Positions 18,024 to 27,546 are shown, counted from the stretch's first letter. The stretch is 64,000 bases of DNA from Clostridia bacterium (GCA_027420455.1 DAIBJA010000078.1:69669-133668); one strand, 5' to 3'. A program made the numbers and translations. The notes: generated by a model not told the origin, from the sequence alone.

Positions 18024-18809
18024 ATGAGCGATGTGAGCCAACTTCCTCGCATGATGTGGCCCGACATCGGCGCGATCGAGATCGGCGGCCTGTCGTCGCC
18101 GAAAGACCTTGAGACAGTGCTCGCCGCGGTTGCCGCGCAAGGCATCGCCTGGGCCATGCACATGCCGCTCTGGCGCTCTCGGCCACGCCGCGTGCCCGTG
18201 GCTCCCTCAGGGCTGTCGGCCGAGGAGGAGCGCTATCTGCGCGAGGATATGGCGACCGGCTCGAGGCGTCACGCTTCCTATGCGCTCGTGCATGCCCCCT
18301 GGCTTCCCTCGCACAGCCTGCCGGAGCGCGAGGCGAGAGCGATTGCCCAAGGGACCGTGGACTTCCTCGCCGAGCTCGCGCTCGCACACGACCTGCCCCT
18401 TGCGCTCGAACTCAAGCTCGGGCTACAGCGGGATCCCGGCGTCCTAGCCTACTTCCTCGCCGCGCCGGACGACTTCCTGGATCTCCAAGGAGGCACCTTC
18501 TGCGTCGACACGGGCGACTGGGTCCTAGCCTGCGAGGCGCTCGAGCTCGACCCCGTACGGGCCTTCGCTCCCTTCGCCGCACGCACGTCCGTCCTCCATG
18601 TCCATGCGGTTGAGCGCGCAACGCAGCCGTACCTTTGGAGACCGATCCATCCCACCGACCCCGACGCCGTCACCATGCTGCGACTCTGCCAGGTCGCGCA
18701 GGCGGCGCGAGAGGAACTGACGGTGGTATTCGAACACACGCCCCACCTCGACCCGGGCCCCGACTACGACCTCGAAGGATACGCCTGGCTGCTTTCCTCT
18801 CTGCTCTGA
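18024..18809 (+). CDS. Hypothetical protein, possibly a xylose-isomerase-like TIM-barrel enzyme
   Basis: Coding-like ORF. Weak resemblance (YALVHAPW, LALELKLG, VLHVHAVE). The start at MSDVSQL is inferred. Confidence 0.35.
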   Translation: MSDVSQLPRMMWPDIGAIEIGGLSSPKDLETVLAAVAAQGIAWAMHMPLWRSRPRRVPVAPSGLSAEEERYLREDMATGSRRHASYALVHAPWLPSHSLPEREARAIAQGTVDFLAELALAHDLPLALELKLGLQRDPGVLAYFLAAPDDFLDLQGGTFCVDTGDWVLACEALELDPVRAFAPFAARTSVLHVHAVERATQPYLWRPIHPTDPDAVTMLRLCQVAQAAREELTVVFEHTPHLDPGPDYDLEGYAWLLSSLL

Positions 18810-18913
18810 GTACAGTCTGCGGAGCCCTGACGCGAAGGTGGTCCCGCCAAGAAGGAAATCGATGCTCTATGCAATAAGTTTGATCATCGAAGCTTTTTGG
18901 GGAGGCCCTCTCT

Positions 18914-20368
18914 TTGCATCAGCGCAGTTCCTTCTCGGAGATCCCGGCGCAGGCGCGCCATCAGAAGACGGTCCTCATCAACACCACGATCGGTTCTCTG
19001 ATGGCGTCTTTGGACGGCTCCATCCTCACCGTGAGCCTGCCGACCATCGCCCGCGAACTCCACACCGGCGTCGGCCTCATGCTCTGGATCATGATGGGCT
19101 ACACGGTCGTCATCACAGCTCTGCTGCTGCCTTTCGGCCGCTTCGCCGACACCCATGGCAGGGTGCGCATGTACGGGCTAGGTTTCATCGTCTTCGCAGC
19201 AGCCTCCGCGCTCTGTGGCTTCGCCACGAGCGGGGTTTTCCTGCTCGCCAGCCGCCTCTTCCAGGGCGTCGGCGCCGCCATGCTGTGGTCCAATTCGCAG
19301 GCCATCCTGACCGACGCCTTCCCTGGGCAAGGGCGCGGCTTCGCCCTGGGCATCAACCAGGTGGCAGGACTCACTGGAAGCGTGGGCGGCCTCCTCTTGG
19401 GCGGTCTCATCACCGCCACGCTCGGCTGGCGCTGGATCTTCTTCGTCAACCTCCCCATCGGCGCGTTCGGCGCGATCTGGACCTTCACGTCTCTTCATGA
19501 GATCGCGTCGATCGACCGCGGCGAGCCCTTCGACAGTTATGGCATGGTGCTCTTCGTCGGCGGCATCCTGCTTGCACTGCTGGGCCTCACCATCGTCATC
19601 GAGGGCGGCGGCCCGGCCGTGCCGTGGCTGCTCGCGGCTGGCTTCCTGGCCCTGGTGGCGTTCACCTTCTACGAGCGCCGCACCAGCAGTCCCCTGATCG
19701 ACCTGCGCCTCTTCTCGATCCGCATCTTCACCTTCGGCAACGCGTCGCTCTTCCTCAATGCCCTTGCGCGCGGCGCGCTCATGTTCCTGATGACCTTCTC
19801 GTTCCAGGGCCTGCGCGGGGCGTCGCCACTCACGGCAGGTCTCATGATGCTTCCCCTGACCGTCGCCATCATGGTCGTCGGCCCGATCTCAGGACGCCTC
19901 TCAGACCGTTTCGGCTCACGCGAGCTCTCGTCTGGGGGGCTGCTCGTCACCGCCGTCGCGCTCGCCCTGCTGGCGCGCGACCCCCTGACCGGCTCCTACA
20001 CTCCCATCGCCGTCGCCCTGCTGCTCGCCGGCATCGGCAACGGACTCTTCAACTCACCGAACACGAGCGCCGTGATGGGCGCAGTGCCGCCGGACCGCCG
20101 CGGCGTGGCCGCGAGCACCCGCACCCTGCTCTTCAACGCGGGGCAGCTCTTCTCGCTTGCCCTCTCCTTCACGATCCTCTCGACCACGATGGGCGGCGGC
20201 CAGCTGAGTGGATTCCTCGCCGGCATGTCGACGCAGGCCGCTTCGATCGGCCACGCGGCGTTCGCGCGGGGCCTGGGCGAAGCCTTCGCCATCTCGACCG
20301 TTCTGTCGCTCATCGCGGCGGTGCTCTCGGCCCTGCGCGGCAAGGTCGCACCCTCCGCCACCGCCTGA
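18914..20368 (+). CDS. MFS transporter, DHA2/EmrB-like (14-TMS type)
   Basis: SLMASLDGSILTVSLPTIAREL, FGRFADTHGR; 484 aa polytopic. Confidence 0.85.
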   Translation: MHQRSSFSEIPAQARHQKTVLINTTIGSLMASLDGSILTVSLPTIARELHTGVGLMLWIMMGYTVVITALLLPFGRFADTHGRVRMYGLGFIVFAAASALCGFATSGVFLLASRLFQGVGAAMLWSNSQAILTDAFPGQGRGFALGINQVAGLTGSVGGLLLGGLITATLGWRWIFFVNLPIGAFGAIWTFTSLHEIASIDRGEPFDSYGMVLFVGGILLALLGLTIVIEGGGPAVPWLLAAGFLALVAFTFYERRTSSPLIDLRLFSIRIFTFGNASLFLNALARGALMFLMTFSFQGLRGASPLTAGLMMLPLTVAIMVVGPISGRLSDRFGSRELSSGGLLVTAVALALLARDPLTGSYTPIAVALLLAGIGNGLFNSPNTSAVMGAVPPDRRGVAASTRTLLFNAGQLFSLALSFTILSTTMGGGQLSGFLAGMSTQAASIGHAAFARGLGEAFAISTVLSLIAAVLSALRGKVAPSATA

Positions 20369-20410
20369 ACCCCAGAGCGCGTATCTTCCCTGCGAAAGGC
20401 GGCGTACGCC

Positions 20411-21421
20411 ATGGCGCGCATCCTAGTGATCGGCGGCTCGCGCTACATGGGACTCAGGCTCGTATGGAACCTTCTGGCGCAGGGCCACGCGGTGACGACC
20501 CTGAACCGCGGCCTGCACCCGGACCCCTTCGGCTCCCGCATCGCGCGACTGCACGCCGACCGCAGGTCGCCGCGGTTCCGTGCGCTGCTCGACGGGACCA
20601 GCTTCGATGCCGCCGTCGACTTGCAGACCTTCCGACGCAGCGATGCCGAGGACGCCCTGGAGGCGCTCAAAGGCCGCGTTGGCCACTACATCCTCATCAG
20701 CTCGGGTCAGGTCTACCTCGTGCGCGAAGGGATGAACGCACCCGCGCGCGATCCGGTGGCGGAGGATGGCTACCAGGGTCAGGTGATGGCGGAGCCGGAC
20801 GGCGCCAAGGATCGTTCGGAGTGGCTCTACGGCGTCGGCAAGCGCGAAGCCGAAGACACGCTCCTGGCGGCGTTCCACGCCGATGGCTTCCCGTACACCG
20901 CGTTGCGCCTGCCGATGGTGGACGGCGAGCGTGACCCCTCGCGGAGACTCGAGAGCTACCTCTGGCGCATCCTCGACGGCGGTCCGGTTCTGCTCCCTTC
21001 GGGCGGCGATGGTCCCGTCCGCCACGTGTACAGCGGCGACGTCGCGCTAGCGATCTCCCGCCTGCTCGGTGATCCAAAGACCTTCGGCGAGGCGTACAAT
21101 CTCTGCCAGGACGAGATGCCCACCCTGCGGGAGTTCGTGGCGCTCTGTGCGGCGACCCTGGACGCCAAAGCGAACATCGTGCCGGTAGAGCGCAAGGAGC
21201 TCGAGGCGGCAGGCATCCGGCCGGAAGCAGTGTCACCCTTCAGTACGCCCTGGATGTCTCTCCTCGACCCCGGCAAGGCGAAGCGTGATCTGAGCTTTCG
21301 GCACCAGCCGCTCGAGGCGTACCTCGGCCGCATCGTCGGCGAGTTCCTGAGCCGGGAGTCGCTCGAGCCGCCCGAGAACTATGGCCTGAGAGAACGAGAA
21401 CTCGCCCTCGTGCGCGGCTGA
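20411..21421 (+). CDS. NAD-dependent epimerase/dehydratase family protein
   Basis: MARILVIGGSRYMGLRLVWNLL Rossmann N-terminus; 336 aa. Confidence 0.75.
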   Translation: MARILVIGGSRYMGLRLVWNLLAQGHAVTTLNRGLHPDPFGSRIARLHADRRSPRFRALLDGTSFDAAVDLQTFRRSDAEDALEALKGRVGHYILISSGQVYLVREGMNAPARDPVAEDGYQGQVMAEPDGAKDRSEWLYGVGKREAEDTLLAAFHADGFPYTALRLPMVDGERDPSRRLESYLWRILDGGPVLLPSGGDGPVRHVYSGDVALAISRLLGDPKTFGEAYNLCQDEMPTLREFVALCAATLDAKANIVPVERKELEAAGIRPEAVSPFSTPWMSLLDPGKAKRDLSFRHQPLEAYLGRIVGEFLSRESLEPPENYGLRERELALVRG

Positions 21422-21523
21422 TCCACTAAAGGTCTCGTCGCTCAGGGATGTCCAGAAGGCGGATTCCGTTTTGCCGTCGCAATGCGAAGCGGTCCCGCCC
21501 ATCCTCCCTTCTGGAGTTTAGCG

Positions 21524-21734
21524 ATGCTTGCCCGCTGGGTCCGGTTTTGCGCCCGCAATCGTTGGTTCGTCGTGCTGGTCTGGATGGTCGTGCTGCACCT
21601 GGATCGCGCGCAGTATCCTGGTGCCGGGCAGCATCGCGCTCCTGGGCCGGTACGCCTTCTGGCCAGGGGTCAGTGGCGCCGAAACGACGCGAACGGCTGA
21701 CCCGCCTGCAGGAATCGCGCCACTCGGCCAGTAG
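21524..21734 (+). pseudogene. MMPL/RND-type transporter remnant (N- and C-terminal tips only)
   Basis: MLARWVRFCARNRWFVVLVWMVVL (MMPL-type N-terminus) is followed about 90 nt later, in another frame, by ILVPGSIALLGRYAFWPG (MMPL-type C-terminus). Confidence 0.45.
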
Positions 21735-21775
21735 CATAGGAAGCATACCGAAGGCTGCGGGGAGGGCATACGCCG

Positions 21776-22702
21776 GTGACCGTGGCGCTAGTCCTGGCCT
21801 TCAATCTGCTGGCCGGCTTCAACGACGGCGGCAACCTGCTCGCAACCCTGCTCCCCAGCCGCGTGCGTCCCATCCTTCTCTGGTTCTGGCTGGCCGTCGT
21901 CGTCAGCCTGGGGCCGATCGTCCTCGGCACCCACGTCGCCGACACCATCGTGCGACGTATCGTGACGCCGCAGAGTCTCTCGCCCATCCTTGCGTCCGCC
22001 ACGTTGAGCGCGATCGCCGTCGTGCTCGTGAGCTGGTGGCAGCGGGTGCCGACCTCCATGTCGCTGGCTCTCATCGGTGCAATGGTCGGCGCGGGCACGG
22101 CAGCGGGCAGCCATGTGCTGTGGGGTGGTGCTACACGCGCCGTGGTCGGCTTCGTCCTGACCGTGCTCCTCGGCGGGCTGCTCGGCCTCCTCATCGCGCG
22201 CTACGGCCGCCAGGTGCTGCGACACCTCAGGCGCGGCGCGGTACTGAGCCTGATCATGCTGCTCACCGCCCTGCTCGAGGGGCTGGCCTACGGCGGCAAC
22301 GACCTCGAGAAGGCCATCGGACTCCTGCACTTTTCGGGCTTCACACTGCACGGCGCCATACTCTTCGCCACGCTCTCGTTCGCCCTCGGCAGCGCGGTAG
22401 GGTCCTGGCGCATTGCACGCACCGTCTCGGGCCAGATCATCCGCCTGCGTCCGCCCGAAGCGCTCTATACCCAGGCAGCGACGGGACTTGCGGTGCTCGC
22501 CGCGGCGACAGCAGGCATCCCCGTCTCCACGAGCCAGACCGTCGACGCGAGCCTGCTCGGCGTGGGCTCGGCCGAGAATCCGCGCCACGTCGGCTGGCGC
22601 GTGGCGCGCCGCATGGTCTTCGCCTGGTTCTTCACCCCTTTGGCCGCGTTCGTGATGGGAGGTCTTGCGCAGTGGCTCGCCGTCCTGCTCCGGCACGTCT
22701 GA
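21776..22702 (+). CDS. pit: PiT-family inorganic phosphate transporter
   Basis: GFNDGGNLLAT and the second-half YGGNDLEKAIGLL motifs; 308 aa membrane protein; GTG start. Confidence 0.8.
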   Translation: MTVALVLAFNLLAGFNDGGNLLATLLPSRVRPILLWFWLAVVVSLGPIVLGTHVADTIVRRIVTPQSLSPILASATLSAIAVVLVSWWQRVPTSMSLALIGAMVGAGTAAGSHVLWGGATRAVVGFVLTVLLGGLLGLLIARYGRQVLRHLRRGAVLSLIMLLTALLEGLAYGGNDLEKAIGLLHFSGFTLHGAILFATLSFALGSAVGSWRIARTVSGQIIRLRPPEALYTQAATGLAVLAAATAGIPVSTSQTVDASLLGVGSAENPRHVGWRVARRMVFAWFFTPLAAFVMGGLAQWLAVLLRHV

Positions 22703-23346
22703 GACGCGCCTTCGAAAGTCTGCGCGAGATTCTTGGCCCCCGCGATCAGGTGTTCCAGGAACTGCTCCTCGAACAGGCCGGGCTCGCGCAACAGGCCATG
22801 GACCTGCTCTATCGCTACCTGACGCAGCCTTCGCAAGACCTGGGACAGGCGATCGGCGAGCTTGAGGAGCGCGGCGACCGCATCCTGTCCGACATCCAGC
22901 GGGCCCTGCGCGAGGCGCTCGTGACGCCCCTCGGCGGTAGCGACATCAACTACCTCGGCAATGCCCTCGATGACCTCCTCGACCAGTTCGAGGACATGGT
23001 GACCGAGGACCTGGCACTCGAAGCAGCGGGCGTCGGGGAGAGCAGCTACGAGGACCGCCAGTTCGGCGAGGTGCTCGAAGCCCTGCACAAGGCTTGCAAC
23101 ATCCTGCCCGAGGCGATGGCGGCGCTACTTCGCCGCCCCGCTGTGGCAGAGGAGAAGATCGCCGAACTGCGGGAGCGCTACCAGGACGGCAAACGCGCAT
23201 ACTCACTCGCCTATGCGGCGATCATGGCGGGGCGGGACGACGAGGGCAGCGCTCGGACCAAGAACCGGTTGCGCTGGCTGCGCCAGCACCTGCGGCGCAT
23301 CGAGAAGCTGGCGAACGCGATGGCGGGCATCCTCGCGAACAGCTGA
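22672..23346 (+). CDS. DUF47 (PhoU-like, YkaA-type) protein partnered with PiT
   Basis: FESLREILGPRDQVFQELLLEQAGLAQQAMDLL...IEKLANAMAGIL. There is no ATG; an in-frame GTG at 22672 is the inferred start. It overlaps the pit 3' end. Confidence 0.65.
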   Translation: MARRPAPARLRRAFESLREILGPRDQVFQELLLEQAGLAQQAMDLLYRYLTQPSQDLGQAIGELEERGDRILSDIQRALREALVTPLGGSDINYLGNALDDLLDQFEDMVTEDLALEAAGVGESSYEDRQFGEVLEALHKACNILPEAMAALLRRPAVAEEKIAELRERYQDGKRAYSLAYAAIMAGRDDEGSARTKNRLRWLRQHLRRIEKLANAMAGILANS

Positions 23347-23447
23347 CAGGTGGTCCGGCCCGCGTGGCGAATCCACTTCGGGTCTGTGCGTGGATCAAGA
23401 CCCTTTCCCTGCAGCAAGACTGAACCCCATGGGAGAGAAGCGCAGCT

Positions 23448-24119
23448 ATGGCCTTGAGCGACAAGATCGTCCTCTCCTGGAGTGGCGGCAAGGACAGTGC
23501 CATCGCCCTTGCGACGCTGCGGCAGTACGACGCACCCATCCATGCCCTCCTCACGACCGTCACGGACCCGCAAGCCCGCATCAGTATGCACGGCGTGCGC
23601 GAAGAGCTGCTGCGCCTGCAGGCAGAGTCGATCGGACTGCCGCTGCGCGTGGTGCGCATCCCGCAAAGCTGCACGAACGAGATCTACGAAAGCCTCTTCG
23701 CGACCGAGACGGATGCCCTGAAGCAGGAGGGCGTCGCACACTACGCCTTCGGTGACCTCTTCCTCCAGGACGTACGCGACTACCGCGAAAAGCAGCTTGG
23801 CCGTTCCGATCTGAGGGCGGTCTTCCCGCTCTGGGGTCTCGACACGAAGCAGCTCGCCGAGAACTTCATCCAACAGGGCTACAAGGCAGTCGTCGTGACA
23901 GTCGACCCGAAGAAGCTCGACCCCTCGTTCCTGGGCCGCGATTATGATCAGCGCTTTCTCGCGGACCTTCCACCCCACGTCGACCCTTGCGGGGAGAACG
24001 GGGAGTTCCACACCTTCGTCTACGCGGGGCCCATCTTCCGCAGGCCCATCGCCGTCGAGCGCGGCGAGGCTCAGGAACGCGACGGCTTCTACTTCCAGGA
24101 TCTCCTGCCGCTCGTCTGA
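23448..24119 (+). CDS. Dph6-related / MJ0570-family PP-loop ATP pyrophosphatase
   Basis: IVLSWSGGKDSAIAL PP-loop; GENGEFHTFV C-terminal motif. Confidence 0.7.
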   Translation: MALSDKIVLSWSGGKDSAIALATLRQYDAPIHALLTTVTDPQARISMHGVREELLRLQAESIGLPLRVVRIPQSCTNEIYESLFATETDALKQEGVAHYAFGDLFLQDVRDYREKQLGRSDLRAVFPLWGLDTKQLAENFIQQGYKAVVVTVDPKKLDPSFLGRDYDQRFLADLPPHVDPCGENGEFHTFVYAGPIFRRPIAVERGEAQERDGFYFQDLLPLV

Positions 24120-24135
24120 GAGCCGCTAAAACACG

Positions 24136-24172
24136 CAGGCGCGACCCATGCAACTGGCATGGGTCGCGCCTG
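24136..24172. terminator. 16-bp perfect hairpin between convergent genes (T-tract on the minus-strand side)
   Basis: CAGGCGCGACCCATGC-AACTG-GCATGGGTCGCGCCTG. The minus strand continues GTGTTTTAG. Confidence 0.7.
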
Positions 24173-24219
24173 GCTTGTATGCCCTGCCGGCCGGCAGGCG
24201 CCCCACGCGGCTCAAATCG

Positions 24220-24612
24220 TCAATCTTCGCTCACAAGCGGCTCCTCGCGCACCTCTCCCTCACCGAGCCAGTATCCGTGGAGCGCCATTGCCGGCGGTGC
24301 ACCCGCAATGAGGTGCAGTACGCCCGGGTACATGGCTTCGCGGATGTCCCTTGCGGATGGGCGCGGCTCGCCCGCGGGGTGCGAGTGGAAAATGGCCCGC
24401 AGTTCCATGCCGTCGCGCTCGAATTCCCGGAGGGCACGCATGACGTCCTCCGGGGCGATGGCGTAGCGGTAGGCGCTTTGCGCCGCATTGCGGCACGGAA
24501 TGAAGCAAAGGAGCTCAGCCCCCCTCCCGCCAAGAAGACCGCAAGCCTCGAAAGGCAAAGCCCTCGCCGCCTCTTCGCGGAGGGCTTGGCGCAGACCCCT
24601 GTCGAGCCGCAT
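24220..24612 (-). CDS. JAMM/MPN+ (Mov34, Mec-like) metallopeptidase
   Basis: EACG...HSHPAGEPRPSARD JAMM motif. Its ATG overlaps the stop of the upstream E1 gene (ATGA). Confidence 0.8.
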   Translation of the reverse strand: MRLDRGLRQALREEAARALPFEACGLLGGRGAELLCFIPCRNAAQSAYRYAIAPEDVMRALREFERDGMELRAIFHSHPAGEPRPSARDIREAMYPGVLHLIAGAPPAMALHGYWLGEGEVREEPLVSED

Positions 24613-25991
24613 CAGCAGGTGAGATCGAGTCCCGCAGCCGTCCAGGCGACGATGCCACCCTCGAGGCTGCGGGCGTCGATGCCGTGGCGCATCAGCCGCT
24701 CCGCGGCCAGCAGGGAGCGACGGCCGATCTCGCAGAAGACGACGACGGGGCGCGCCCCGTCGAGTGCCTCGCCGCTGCCCAGCTCCTCGAGCGGCAGCCT
24801 CAGCGCGCCGGGAATCGTCGGGCGGTCGACGGCTCCCTGGGCGCGCACGTCAAGCCACTGGACGCGCGGATCCTCCCTGAGCGCAAGCGCCTCGGGCACT
24901 GGGATACCGAGCCCCTCCTGCGCCTCCCGCGGCGCCTCGACGCCACAGAACGCCTCGTAATCGACCAGCTCCGTCAGGGTCGGGTGATCGCCGCAGGCGG
25001 CGCAGTGCGGGTCGCGACGGAGGCGGAAGCGACGCTCCTCGCCCATCAAGGCGTCGTAGACCAGAAGCCGGCCGCCCAGGCTCTCGCCGGCACCCGTGAT
25101 CAGCTTGATCGTCTCGAGCGCCTGCAAGGAACCCATCTGTCCACCCAAGGCGCCGATGACGCCTGCTTCCGCACAGCTTGGTACGCTGCCTGGCGGCGGC
25201 GGCTCGGGAAACAGGCAGCGATAGCAACCCTGGCGCGGCAGGTAGACAGAGAGCCGCCCCTCGAAGCGCAGGATCGACGCGTCGACGAGCGGCCTGCCGA
25301 GCAGGACTGCGGCATCGCTGACGAGATAGCGCGTGGGAAAGTTGTCGGACCCGTTGACGATCACGTCGCAGCCCCGCAGGAGCTCGAGGGCGTTATCCGC
25401 CGCAAGGAACTCCTCCACGGCGATGACCTCGATGTCCGGATTGATCGCGCGCAGGCTGCGTGCGGCGCTCTCGGCCTTCGGCCGCCCGACGTCCTCGTCG
25501 CGGTGCAGTGGCTGGCGCTGCAGGTTGGAACGCTCCACGCGATCGCCATCGATGATGACGAGATGGCCCACGCCCGCCGCCGCGAGGTACGTGGCGGCGG
25601 GCGCACCGAGCCCGCCGGCCCCGATCACGGCGACGCGGGCAGCCGTGAGCCTGGCCTGGCCGGCCGCGCCGATCTCGCCCAGGATCATCTGACGCGCGTA
25701 GCGCTCCGCCTGCCGAGGCGTCATGGGCTCAAGGGGGTAGGGCGCCAGGACAACACTGTCTTGCGGCAGCAGGGCAGCCTTGACCCCGCCCAAGAGCCGG
25801 GCATCGACGCCGTTCACCCGCACGTCGAGTTCCGGTGCGATGGCACCCTGGGCCGTGAACATGCGCCGGCCGAGTCCCGGCTCCGCCTGGGCGACCGCTT
25901 CGAGCAGTTCGCCCAAGGTGTCGCCTCGGGCGGCGATGGTTTCTTTCTGGTCTGCCAGAGCGATGAATGGGCCCTTGAGCGTCACGTCCAT
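24612..25991 (-). CDS. MoaD/ThiS-like domain fused to a MoeB/ThiF (MoeZ-type) E1 adenylyltransferase and a C-terminal rhodanese
   Basis: The start MDVTLKG is at 25991; the longer track ORF overlaps lpd. E1 motifs are VIGAGGLGAPAATYLAAAGVG, CYRCLFPEPPPPGSVPSCAEAGV and PHCAACG. Rhodanese active site VVVFCEIGRRS. The N-terminal ~90 aa are beta-grasp-like (VRVNGVD...LLPQDSVVLAPYP). Confidence 0.85.
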   Translation of the reverse strand: MDVTLKGPFIALADQKETIAARGDTLGELLEAVAQAEPGLGRRMFTAQGAIAPELDVRVNGVDARLLGGVKAALLPQDSVVLAPYPLEPMTPRQAERYARQMILGEIGAAGQARLTAARVAVIGAGGLGAPAATYLAAAGVGHLVIIDGDRVERSNLQRQPLHRDEDVGRPKAESAARSLRAINPDIEVIAVEEFLAADNALELLRGCDVIVNGSDNFPTRYLVSDAAVLLGRPLVDASILRFEGRLSVYLPRQGCYRCLFPEPPPPGSVPSCAEAGVIGALGGQMGSLQALETIKLITGAGESLGGRLLVYDALMGEERRFRLRRDPHCAACGDHPTLTELVDYEAFCGVEAPREAQEGLGIPVPEALALREDPRVQWLDVRAQGAVDRPTIPGALRLPLEELGSGEALDGARPVVVFCEIGRRSLLAAERLMRHGIDARSLEGGIVAWTAAGLDLTC

Positions 25992-26052
25992 GGCGTCACC
26001 CCCGCGATAAGGAGCAGCCCCCGCACCGCGTGCGGGGGCTGCCTCGGCCTGC

Positions 26053-27471
26053 TCAGGCCATCTTGCCGTCCGCAGCCAGCGCTGCGTCATTGATGATCTC
26101 GTAGAGGGTCGGGTGCGCGTGGACGGTCTCCTGCAGGTCGTAGAGCGAACCGTCGAAGGCCAGCGCCAGGCTGCCTTCCGCCACGAGGTCCGTGGCGTGC
26201 GGTCCGATGATGTGCAGGCCGAGCAGGTCACCTGTCTCGGCGTCCGCCACCACCTTGCAGATGCCCTGGTCCTCGCCGTAGATGAGGGCCTTGCCGTTCG
26301 CCTTGAAGAAGTATTTGCCCACCTTGACCTCGTGCCCCTGGTCGCGGGCCGCCTGCTCGTCCAGACCGACCGACGCAACCTCGGGACGGCTGTAGGTGCA
26401 ACGTGGCACCTTCACGTAATCGATGGTCTCAGGCTTCTTGCCGAGGATGGCATCCACCGCGATGAGCCCTTCGTGCACAGCGACGTGCGCAAGCTGCAGG
26501 CGGCCGATGACATCGCCGATCGCGAAGATGCGGGAGTCGCCCGTGCGCATCTCGGCGTCCACCTGAATGTAGCCGCGGTCGATCTTGACCTTGTCGAAGT
26601 TCTCGAGCCCGAGCCCCTCGCTGTTGGGCTTGCGGCCTATCGCCACGAGGATCTTCTGCGCCGCGAGCGTCTTCTTGCCGGACGGGCCCTCGATCGTGAC
26701 CTCGACTCCGTCGTAGGTCTCGCGATAGCTCGCGACGTCGACGCTGTGGCCCGGGTAGCATGCGATGCCGCGGCGCGTGAAGATGCGCTGCAGCTGGTCG
26801 GACATCTCCTTATCCTCCAGCGGCAGAAGCCGCGGCAGGGCCTCCACGAGGTGGACCTCGCCGCCGAGGTCCGCGAAGAGCGACGCCCACTCGCAACCGA
26901 TCGCGCCCGCGCCGACGATGATGGCCGACTTAGGCACCTCGCGCAGCTCGAGGGCATGGTCGCTCGAGATCACCCGCTCGCCATCGAACGGAAGTCCGGG
27001 CAATTCGCGCGCGGACGATCCGGTGGCGATCACGATGTGGTCCGGATTCAGGAGCTCGCGCTCGCCGTTGGACTTCTCCACAGAAACCGAGCCTGCCGGA
27101 GCGAAGATCGAAGGCGGCATGAGCGTGCCCACGCCTTCGTAGATCGTGACGCCCGCGCGCTTCAAAAGACCCTGAACGCCCTTGTAGAGCTGGTCGACGA
27201 TCTTCTGCTTGCGCGCCTGGGCCTGCACGAAGTCGAGGCGCGGCGTTCCGACCTCCAGGCCGAACTCCGAAGCCTCGCGCATGGTCGCCATGAGCTCCGC
27301 AGTGCGCAGGAGCGCCTTGGACGGAATGCAGCCCTTGTGCAGGCAGACGCCGCCCACCTTGTCCTTCTCCACGACGGCGGCCTTCAGGCCCGACTGGGCC
27401 GCGCGAATGGCCGCCTCGTAGCCGCCCGTACCTCCTCCTAGGAAGAGTACGTCGATCTTTTCGTCCGCCAA
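26053..27471 (-). CDS. lpdA: Dihydrolipoyl dehydrogenase
   Basis: GGGTGGYEAAIRAAQ FAD motif, redox disulfide GGVCLHKGCIPSK, HAHPTL. A TTG start at 27471 with an AGGAGGG RBS is preferred over the track start at 27528. Confidence 0.9.
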   Translation of the reverse strand: MADEKIDVLFLGGGTGGYEAAIRAAQSGLKAAVVEKDKVGGVCLHKGCIPSKALLRTAELMATMREASEFGLEVGTPRLDFVQAQARKQKIVDQLYKGVQGLLKRAGVTIYEGVGTLMPPSIFAPAGSVSVEKSNGERELLNPDHIVIATGSSARELPGLPFDGERVISSDHALELREVPKSAIIVGAGAIGCEWASLFADLGGEVHLVEALPRLLPLEDKEMSDQLQRIFTRRGIACYPGHSVDVASYRETYDGVEVTIEGPSGKKTLAAQKILVAIGRKPNSEGLGLENFDKVKIDRGYIQVDAEMRTGDSRIFAIGDVIGRLQLAHVAVHEGLIAVDAILGKKPETIDYVKVPRCTYSRPEVASVGLDEQAARDQGHEVKVGKYFFKANGKALIYGEDQGICKVVADAETGDLLGLHIIGPHATDLVAEGSLALAFDGSLYDLQETVHAHPTLYEIINDAALAADGKMA

Positions 27472-27482
27472 AGTCTGTCCCT

Positions 27483-27539
27483 CCTGGGTCGCCACCGGCG
27501 ACCCGCGTACTCCGCCCTGGGTCGCCACCGGCGACCCGC
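27483..27539 (-). promoter_or_regulatory. Tandem duplicated 24-bp element, each copy containing an 8-bp-stem palindrome, abutting the lpd RBS
   Basis: CCTGGGTCGCCACCGGCGACCCGC at 27483-27506 and 27516-27539. The palindrome is GGGTCGCC-N3-GGCGACCC. Confidence 0.55.
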
Positions 27540-27546
27540 ATTACGC

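Noticed and set aside
21448-23346. 632-aa ORF spanning the pit and DUF47 region. Similar very long ORFs occur at 32216-33889, 40034-41761, 44491-45981, 50907-52676, 57386-59140, 61915-63795 and 13116-14354.
   Set aside because: These are Arg/Ala/Pro/Gly-rich shadow ORFs typical of high-GC DNA. They are out of frame with or antisense to genes that have clear family motifs. Only the C-terminal part of 21448-23346 (the DUF47 frame) is real.
25992-26378. N-terminal 129 residues of the 588-aa track ORF for the E1 protein.
   Set aside because: This part overlaps the 3' end of lpd in another frame and is Arg/Ser/Thr-rich nonsense. The MDVTLKG start at 25991 follows the lpd stop by ~60 nt.
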